Origin: a virus
Lineage: Duplodnaviria; Caudoviricetes
Strand: one strand, 5' to 3'
Length of the DNA: 64,000 nucleotides
IMG/VR virus record: IMGVR_UViG_3300021399_000134
Location: 21,279-85,278 of that record
This document shows positions 57,772-64,000 of this stretch, piece by piece (the stretch's first letter is position 1; each line of letters starts with the position of its first letter). Under the pieces are notes generated by a model that did no database searches, was not told the origin of the DNA, and was given only the letters and a program-made list of their open reading frames with translations. Both the position numbers and the translations under genes were made by a program.

Positions 57772-58776
57772 ATGAAAGGTAGATTAGAACATGATTTAGC
57801 AACTAATAATAAGATTCAGAATTATTTAAAAGATAAACCTCAATTTTTGAAAGAATGGTATGTGTATTTAGATGCTAATAATAATACACCTCGTTCTTGT
57901 TATGAATACTTATATAGAGTAACTAATTTTTTGAGGTTTGTTAATGACAACGATGATATTATGGATTTTGATTTAAGTAAATTAAATGTAATGGTTGTTC
58001 AGAATTATATGCGTTTTATTAAAACAAGGACAAAGAAAAACCAAGTTGTAGAAACATCCGACTCTTTTAGAGAGTTAGTATGGTCAAGTTTAAATAACTT
58101 CTTTAAGTTTATGAAAAAGCATAATTATATTACTGAAAATTATATTGAAGATATTAAAAGACCTAAAAATAATGATTTAGAGAGAATTAATGCTAATCGT
58201 TTACAACTTACATCATATGATTTACGCAGATTATTGGAAGCTGTTCAGGAACGAATTGATGAGTCTAAAACTTCATTTAAAAAATACAATATTAGAGATA
58301 AGGCAATATTGTTACTTTTTATTAATACTGGCATGAGAGAAACAGCTTTAACGGAAATTAACTTGGAAGATATTGATTTAGAAGAATGTACTTTACAAGT
58401 ATTGGATAAGGGCAGGAAGAAACATTTGTACTATTTAAATGATGACGCTATTAATGCTATAAAAGAATGGTTAAATCTTAGAGGAGATGTGGAAAATGAT
58501 GCATTGTTCTTAACTTATAAAAATGAAAGATTAACAAGTCAGGCTATCAGGCATATGCTTGCTAAATATAGTAAAGACGCTTTTGATGTTGCTATTTCTC
58601 CACACAAGTTAAGGTCGGCGTTTTGTTCTATCTTATATGATGAAACTCATGATATTGAATTTGTGCGTAGAGCAGTTGGGCATAGTAATGTAGAAACTAC
58701 TCAAAGATATATTGTTACAGATGGTAAAGAGAAAAAGAAAGCAAGCCAGATTATGCAAGACTTAGTGGCTCTTTAA
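57772..58776 (+). CDS. Tyrosine recombinase/integrase
   Basis: RDKAILLLFINTGMRETAL, KG.K, HKLR and GHSNVETTQRY: full catalytic set. Confidence 0.92.
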   Translation: MKGRLEHDLATNNKIQNYLKDKPQFLKEWYVYLDANNNTPRSCYEYLYRVTNFLRFVNDNDDIMDFDLSKLNVMVVQNYMRFIKTRTKKNQVVETSDSFRELVWSSLNNFFKFMKKHNYITENYIEDIKRPKNNDLERINANRLQLTSYDLRRLLEAVQERIDESKTSFKKYNIRDKAILLLFINTGMRETALTEINLEDIDLEECTLQVLDKGRKKHLYYLNDDAINAIKEWLNLRGDVENDALFLTYKNERLTSQAIRHMLAKYSKDAFDVAISPHKLRSAFCSILYDETHDIEFVRRAVGHSNVETTQRYIVTDGKEKKKASQIMQDLVAL

Positions 58777-58789
58777 TAAGTAGAAAGGG

Positions 58790-59722
58790 GTGATAAAAAT
58801 GTTTAATGAAAAAATAAAACGTGAATATATTACAACATTTGAAAATGCCGAACAAATAGAAATAGTTTTTAAGAACTCTGCAAATTTTGAAAGTATTTTA
58901 AATAAAGATTTATTTGATTTTGATGTGGATGAAATTAAAGTCTATTACAAATCTATATCATCTTCTAGCATGTTTACACTAAATACTTTACAAAGTAAAT
59001 TAAGAAAGTATACACAATGGGCAATTGATAATAATTACACAAAAACTAAAACTAATCATTATAATATTATTACACAAGATATGCTGGCTGAATGCTTTGA
59101 TAAAGATACATTATCAACACAAATACTTACAGAAGAAGAATTAGACTCTAGAATAAGTAGAATTACAAATGATAGTGACAAATTCATTATCAGAGCATTG
59201 TTTGAAGGAATTCGTGGGGAGAGTTATAGTGAAATATTAGGATTGAAACTTTCAGATATAGACAGTTCTAATAATGTTCAAGTGCTTAATGATATTGAAA
59301 TTGAAAATTGCTATAGAACTATTAAGATTTCAGACAAACTCAAGAAGTTAGCGTATGAATCAGCAAGAGAAGAAATATATCAGTACGAGCGATCTAGTGT
59401 AAGGTTAGATAAGGAATATGATAGAGTATTGAATTTACAGTTGCCAAAGAAAGGAAAAGATTTAGAGGATTTTGATAAATCACAAAAATCTAGAAGAATT
59501 TACAAGAGAATTAGAAGAGCGACAAAAGAAATGGGAATGCCTAACTTATCAGCTAAGAGAATAATCAACTCAGGTATTTTAAATATGATTAAGGTAAATG
59601 CTAAAGCAGCAGGTGTTAGCAATATTAAATGGATTAACGCTCATTCAAAGGAAATTGAAAATCAATATGAGGTTTTTGTACCATCTTTATTTATTAGAGA
59701 ATATCATGATTATTTAATTTAA
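58790..59722 (+). CDS. MrpR (YopR)-like repressor, recombinase-fold and probably inactive
   Basis: MFNEKIKREYI..FE..LNKDLFDF N-terminus; FEGIRG..YSEI present but no HxxR or GH..Y motifs; ends INSGILNM. Confidence 0.7.
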   Translation: MIKMFNEKIKREYITTFENAEQIEIVFKNSANFESILNKDLFDFDVDEIKVYYKSISSSSMFTLNTLQSKLRKYTQWAIDNNYTKTKTNHYNIITQDMLAECFDKDTLSTQILTEEELDSRISRITNDSDKFIIRALFEGIRGESYSEILGLKLSDIDSSNNVQVLNDIEIENCYRTIKISDKLKKLAYESAREEIYQYERSSVRLDKEYDRVLNLQLPKKGKDLEDFDKSQKSRRIYKRIRRATKEMGMPNLSAKRIINSGILNMIKVNAKAAGVSNIKWINAHSKEIENQYEVFVPSLFIREYHDYLI

Positions 59723-59739
59723 AGGAGGAAGATTTTAAT

Positions 59740-60012
59740 ATGAAAAATCAAATCATTAATTACTTTATTAAAACAATCGGTAAAGAAGTTATGTTAACTA
59801 TTGATAGCACAAATTATGTTTGCAGAGGTAAATTTGTTGGAAATGTAAGCGATGTGCATGTTGGAAATTCAAATAATATCATTATAGAATTAGAAGATTC
59901 AAGTTTAACTATTTTTATGAACAATGTAGCAAAAGTATCACTATATGAAGAAATAGATGAATTAGTAATTAAAACAGCAGATGACTGTTATATTGGATGT
60001 ATTATTGTCTAA
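59740..60012 (+). CDS. Hypothetical protein
   Basis: 90 aa; AAGGAGG RBS. Confidence 0.75.
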   Translation: MKNQIINYFIKTIGKEVMLTIDSTNYVCRGKFVGNVSDVHVGNSNNIIIELEDSSLTIFMNNVAKVSLYEEIDELVIKTADDCYIGCIIV

Positions 60013-60053
60013 AAAGGTTATTATTAGAAGAAAAGTAAAAAACAAAAATACTA

Positions 60054-60082
60054 TTGACAAGTTATAGTACCTAGTCTATAAT
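60054..60082 (+). promoter_or_regulatory. Consensus sigma-A/70 promoter
   Basis: TTGACA (60054-60059), 17 bp spacer, TATAAT (60077-60082). Confidence 0.85.
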
Positions 60083-60115
60083 TTGAGTATATTTTACTAG
60101 CAAAGGGGTATAAAG

Positions 60116-60289
60116 ATGAAAGAATTACAAGTTAGATGTACTAATTGTAAGGCAGTCTTTTCATCTAAAAAAGAATGTATTGAGGATAATAATATACAAC
60201 CTGCATTTCTAAGGTATAGGTGTCCCATATGTAAGCATAATGTAGTAAGTGATGTTCCTATCATTTATTACACAAAAAAAAGAAAATAA
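60116..60289 (+). CDS. Small zinc-ribbon protein (57 aa), not in the ORF track
   Basis: MKELQVRCTNCK..RCPICK..KKRK*; AAAGGGG RBS; first gene after the promoter. Confidence 0.7.
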   Translation: MKELQVRCTNCKAVFSSKKECIEDNNIQPAFLRYRCPICKHNVVSDVPIIYYTKKRK

Positions 60290-60366
60290 GTTTTATTTTT
60301 TTATTCTTTATGTTCGTTTTTAGACGAAAGGTCATTATTAGAACAATTTATCAGGAGGTAAAGATT

Positions 60367-60756
60367 ATGAATCTAATTATGTTGAGTGGTAGATTAACTG
60401 CCACACCAGAAGTAAGACAAGCAAATAGTGGAACTAGCGTAGCACACTTTAGTATTGCTGTAGATGGCTACGATAATTCTAAGAAAGAGAAAGCAACTGA
60501 TTTTTTTAATTGTGTAACATTTGGTAAGCGAGCTGAATTTTGCGATAAATATTTAGATAAAGGCTCTAAAGTAATATTAACAGGACAGTTGAAAAATAAT
60601 AATTACACAGACAAAGATGGTGTTAAGCAGTATCGAACACAGATTATTGTAAATGAAATTGAATTTGGAGAATCAAAAAAGGCTGCTAACGTTAGTAATA
60701 ATAATGAAGAAGAGTTTGTAGAAATTCCTGATACCGAAGAACTTCCTTTCAATTAA
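60367..60756 (+). CDS. ssb: Single-stranded DNA-binding protein
   Basis: MNLIMLSGRLTATPEVR..DFFNCVTFGKRAE..acidic tail ending EELPFN; ATG at 60367 after GGAGG. Confidence 0.92.
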   Translation: MNLIMLSGRLTATPEVRQANSGTSVAHFSIAVDGYDNSKKEKATDFFNCVTFGKRAEFCDKYLDKGSKVILTGQLKNNNYTDKDGVKQYRTQIIVNEIEFGESKKAANVSNNNEEEFVEIPDTEELPFN

Positions 60757-60787
60757 TTTATTATAAAAAAGGGAGGGCAAAGGTGTA

Positions 60788-62647
60788 ATGGAATATGAAT
60801 TTAAAGAAGAGGATGCCTTTCGTTTTGCAAAAGAGAGAGGCATCCAATGCAGAAGGAATGGTAATGAACTGACTTTTAATAGATGTCCGTATTGTCATGG
60901 TAATCATAAGGATAAAGATACATTTTCGATCAATTTAAGTACAGGTTTGTTCCATTGTCTTAGAGCGTCGTGTGGAGTGAGTGGCAACATGATAACTCTA
61001 GCAAAAGATTTTGATTTTTCTTTAGGTAGAGATATTGATGTTTATTATCAGATACGACCAACTACATTTAGAAAATTTAAAAAGCCAGATAAACCTATTC
61101 AACCAAAAGATAACATAATTGAATACTTTAAAAAGCGTAGCATTCCAAAGGAAGTATTAGAGAAATATGAAATTACTTCTTTGAAAGATAAGAATATAAT
61201 TGTGTTTCCATTTTTTGATGAAGATGGCAAGATACAATTTATCAAATATAGGAAAACAGATTTTCGCAAAGAAGTAGATAAAAACAAAGAATGGTGCGAA
61301 AAGAATTGCAAACCTATATTATTTGGAATGAAACAATGTAATTTAGACAATAATACTTTAATTATAACGGAAGGACAAATTGATTCATTAAGCGTAGCAA
61401 CTGCTGGCTTTGATAATGCTTTAAGCGTACCGAACGGAGCAAGAGGTTTTACATGGATACCACATTGTTGGGATTGGATTACACAAAACTTCAAAACAAT
61501 CATTGTATTTGGCGATTTAGAAAATGGGCAGATGTCTTTATTAGAAGAAATATCTCATAGATTTAAGTCTATGCTCATTAAGTATGTAATTGCTGAAAAC
61601 TATCAAGGCTGTAAGGATGCAAATGAAATTTTATGTAAATATGGTAAGCAACAAATAGTTAAATGTATTAAAGAAGCACAAGATATTCCTTTAGAAAATA
61701 TCAAGGATTTAAGTGATATTAGAGAACCTGATATTTTTTCTTGGGAAAAACTCAAAACTGGCTTACCAAGTTTAGATAGGCGACTGTATGGCGGAATACC
61801 ATTTGCAGGTGTAACTATTATTACTTCACAAGCTGGTATGGGTAAGTCTACTTTTGTTAGTCAATTGATTTTAATGGCTAGAGAGCAAGGGTATAAATCT
61901 TTCATTTATACTGGTGAACTTGCTCCTGGTATTTTTAAAGCATGGCTTACTATTCAGGCAGCAGGTACAAGAAATTTTGAGGCTGAATATACAGGTAGTA
62001 AGGAAAAGAGATATATAATTTCTAGCACTAATAAAAAGATTATATCTGATTGGTATAGAGATTATATATACATTTATTCACAGTCTGTATTAGCAGATTT
62101 AAATAGTGAAGAAGAAAGTTTAATTGATGTTATAGAGAAAAGTATTAATAAGTTAGGCATAAGAGTTATTTTGGTAGACAATTTGATGACAGCATTAGAT
62201 ATGGATAATTCAAAGGGTGATACTTTTGAAAGACAAAGTAAATTTGTGAAGAAACTTACTAGGTTAGCAGTTACATATAATGTGTTGGTTTTATTAGTCG
62301 CACATAAAAGAAAAGCAACAGGTTTCGGTGATATAGAAAATGATAGTATCGCTGGTAGTTCTAACATAGTAAATCTTGGTCAAACTATCTTGTCTTACGA
62401 TAGAGTACCTAAAGATGAAGGTGGTGCAGATTGCCCTGATCGAATCCTAAAAATTACTAAAGAAAGATTGTTTGGTCATACTTATACAAAAGGTTGGCTA
62501 TTACACTTCAACGAACGCTCTAAGTATATTTATGAAGATGGCTGTAGTGATATTAAGGACTACAGTTGTTTTCCAAAAGATGATGTTGCAACACAAACTA
62601 CTTCTTTTAGAGAAATTACAGAAGATGACGATAATCCATTTAATTAA
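60788..62647 (+). CDS. Primase-helicase (T7 gp4/Twinkle type)
   Basis: Zn finger CPYC..C..ASC, TOPRIM ITEGQIDSL..KDANE, helicase AGMGKST, VDNLM, LVAH.RK. Confidence 0.9.
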   Translation: MEYEFKEEDAFRFAKERGIQCRRNGNELTFNRCPYCHGNHKDKDTFSINLSTGLFHCLRASCGVSGNMITLAKDFDFSLGRDIDVYYQIRPTTFRKFKKPDKPIQPKDNIIEYFKKRSIPKEVLEKYEITSLKDKNIIVFPFFDEDGKIQFIKYRKTDFRKEVDKNKEWCEKNCKPILFGMKQCNLDNNTLIITEGQIDSLSVATAGFDNALSVPNGARGFTWIPHCWDWITQNFKTIIVFGDLENGQMSLLEEISHRFKSMLIKYVIAENYQGCKDANEILCKYGKQQIVKCIKEAQDIPLENIKDLSDIREPDIFSWEKLKTGLPSLDRRLYGGIPFAGVTIITSQAGMGKSTFVSQLILMAREQGYKSFIYTGELAPGIFKAWLTIQAAGTRNFEAEYTGSKEKRYIISSTNKKIISDWYRDYIYIYSQSVLADLNSEEESLIDVIEKSINKLGIRVILVDNLMTALDMDNSKGDTFERQSKFVKKLTRLAVTYNVLVLLVAHKRKATGFGDIENDSIAGSSNIVNLGQTILSYDRVPKDEGGADCPDRILKITKERLFGHTYTKGWLLHFNERSKYIYEDGCSDIKDYSCFPKDDVATQTTSFREITEDDDNPFN

Positions 62648-62667
62648 GAAAGGATAGGTAACTCTCA

Positions 62668-63807
62668 ATGATTTATTTAGACAACGCTGCTACTACATGC
62701 TTATCAGATGGTGTAGTTAGAGAAATTATTTCGAATATTGACAAGTATGAAAATCCTAGTGCTTTATATTCAAGCACATCATATTTAATTGAAAAAGCAA
62801 GAAAACAAGTTGCATCTTTGATTGGTGCAGAACCAAGACAAATCTTTTTTACTTCTGGAGCAACTGAAAGTAATAATTGGATATTACAGAAATCTGAAAG
62901 AGATGTTGTGACAAGTAATATAGAACATCCTTCAGTGCTTAATAATCAGATAGTATTGCATGAGCAGGGAAGATTAATGCATAAACTTGCTGTCGATACA
63001 GATGGTTTAATAAAGCCTGCTGATTTAAATAAGTGCATTGAGGATGCTGATGGAAGTATAGGGTTATCAAGTTTTATATGGGTAAACAACGAAACAGGTG
63101 TTGTGCAACCTATTAAGAAACTTTGTAAAGTCGCACATAAAAATCACATACCTATACATACAGATGCTACACAAGCAGTAGGTCATATATATATTGATGT
63201 AAATAAGATACCAGTAGATTACTTAACTGCTAGTGGTCATAAATTACATGCACCTAAAGGAATTGGTTTTTTATATGCTAGAAAGCCTGAAACATTACCT
63301 CCATTTATTTATGGTGGTGGTCAAGAAGAAGGTTATAGAAGTGGAACAGAAAATCTTTTAGGCATTATTGCATTAGGCAAAGCTTGCGAAGAGGCTAAAT
63401 TACAACTCAATAATGATATGAAACATTACTATAACTTAACTAATGTATTAACTAGCAATTTATATCAAAGAAATATTTCTACTTTATATAACAATTTCGA
63501 ACACATTTACAACGAATTAGATACAAATTATTTAACTAATGTAGGTCATATACATAGTTTTGCTCCAAAGATGGGTGTTGATTCGATTAGTCTTGTTGAG
63601 TGGATGTCGCAAATGGATATATCAATATCTAACGGTAGTGCTTGTTCCAACAATACTAAAAAACCATCTTATGTATTAAAGGCATTACATTTAGAAGATG
63701 ATGTTATTGAACGAGTGATTAGAGTTTCTTTTAGTCGCTACACAACTACATCAGAAGTTATGAATTTTGTATCAGCGTTGTCAACATTTCTAAAATTAGT
63801 CAATTAA
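62668..63807 (+). CDS. Cysteine desulfurase (IscS/NifS/DndA family)
   Basis: IYLDNAATT, FTSGATESNN, HTDATQAVG, SGHKLHAPKG (PLP lysine), SGTEN, SNGSACS (catalytic Cys). Confidence 0.92.
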   Translation: MIYLDNAATTCLSDGVVREIISNIDKYENPSALYSSTSYLIEKARKQVASLIGAEPRQIFFTSGATESNNWILQKSERDVVTSNIEHPSVLNNQIVLHEQGRLMHKLAVDTDGLIKPADLNKCIEDADGSIGLSSFIWVNNETGVVQPIKKLCKVAHKNHIPIHTDATQAVGHIYIDVNKIPVDYLTASGHKLHAPKGIGFLYARKPETLPPFIYGGGQEEGYRSGTENLLGIIALGKACEEAKLQLNNDMKHYYNLTNVLTSNLYQRNISTLYNNFEHIYNELDTNYLTNVGHIHSFAPKMGVDSISLVEWMSQMDISISNGSACSNNTKKPSYVLKALHLEDDVIERVIRVSFSRYTTTSEVMNFVSALSTFLKLVN

Positions 63808-63848
63808 AAAGGACTAACTGTTAAGTTACCAAAAACATAGAAATATGT

Positions 63849-64000
63849 AGTCAAACATACTCAAAAGTGGACACAATTAAGCCTTTTGAGTGTGGACTTA
63901 ACAGTAGGTTTCGAGCCTAAGTGAGTGCTGATAGTGAAAACTTCTCTGCACGATGAACTACGATAGAAAGATAAGGTAAAGACACACCTATGGATGTACC
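63849..64000 (+). ncRNA. 5' part of an IscB-associated omega/HEARO-like RNA (truncated by the window edge)
   Basis: Long hairpin AGTC..ACTCAAAAG..CTTTTGAGT..GACT, then GGTTTCGAGCCTAAGTGAGTGC..GAACTACGATAG..AAAGACACACCTATGGATGT. This pattern recalls scaffolds upstream of Firmicute IscB (RRXRR) genes; recognised from memory. Confidence 0.7.

Noticed and set aside
1-64000. Genome-wide stop-codon reassignment explaining the TGA extension
   Set aside because: Long genes read intact in the standard code, and TGA and TAG terminate many genes directly before the next RBS or start.
1-64000. tRNA or rRNA genes
   Set aside because: No cloverleaf or TTC-loop signature noticed in intergenic regions; not machine-scanned.

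Overview
The whole window is part of a large, low-GC, tailed phage genome of SPbeta-like organisation. The host is probably a clostridial gut Firmicute (inferred from DUF5688-, PcfK- and PcfJ-like genes). The left arm (1-39166, minus strand) is the morphogenesis region. In transcription order it carries a helicase-like gene, a YonO-like single-subunit RNA polymerase, HU, TerS/TerL, portal, a 6.4 kb block of fibre-like genes, protease/scaffold, capsid, neck and tail genes, and a tape measure gene of more than 4173 codons that runs off the left edge. An AT-rich, repeat-rich divergence zone (39170-40900) separates it from the right arm. The right arm (40078-63807, plus strand) holds many small early/anti-host genes, an integrase plus an MrpR-like repressor, SSB, primase-helicase and a cysteine desulfurase. 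The most unusual signals are: (1) a 30-codon in-frame extension with a YxYGxL repeat directly behind the TGA of the major tail gene, a candidate for stop-codon readthrough; (2) a 393 bp IS200/IS605 (TnpB-type) remnant that supplies the portal stop codon and may express an orphan guide RNA; (3) a dispersed ~30 bp repeat 39-42 nt upstream of single small genes, giving a cassette-like array; (4) two identical-geometry palindromes upstream of the late operon; (5) a three-copy double-hairpin array at the strand switch; (6) an IscB-type omega RNA beginning at the right edge, just after the cysteine desulfurase. All family calls are from motif recognition by eye; no database searches were run.
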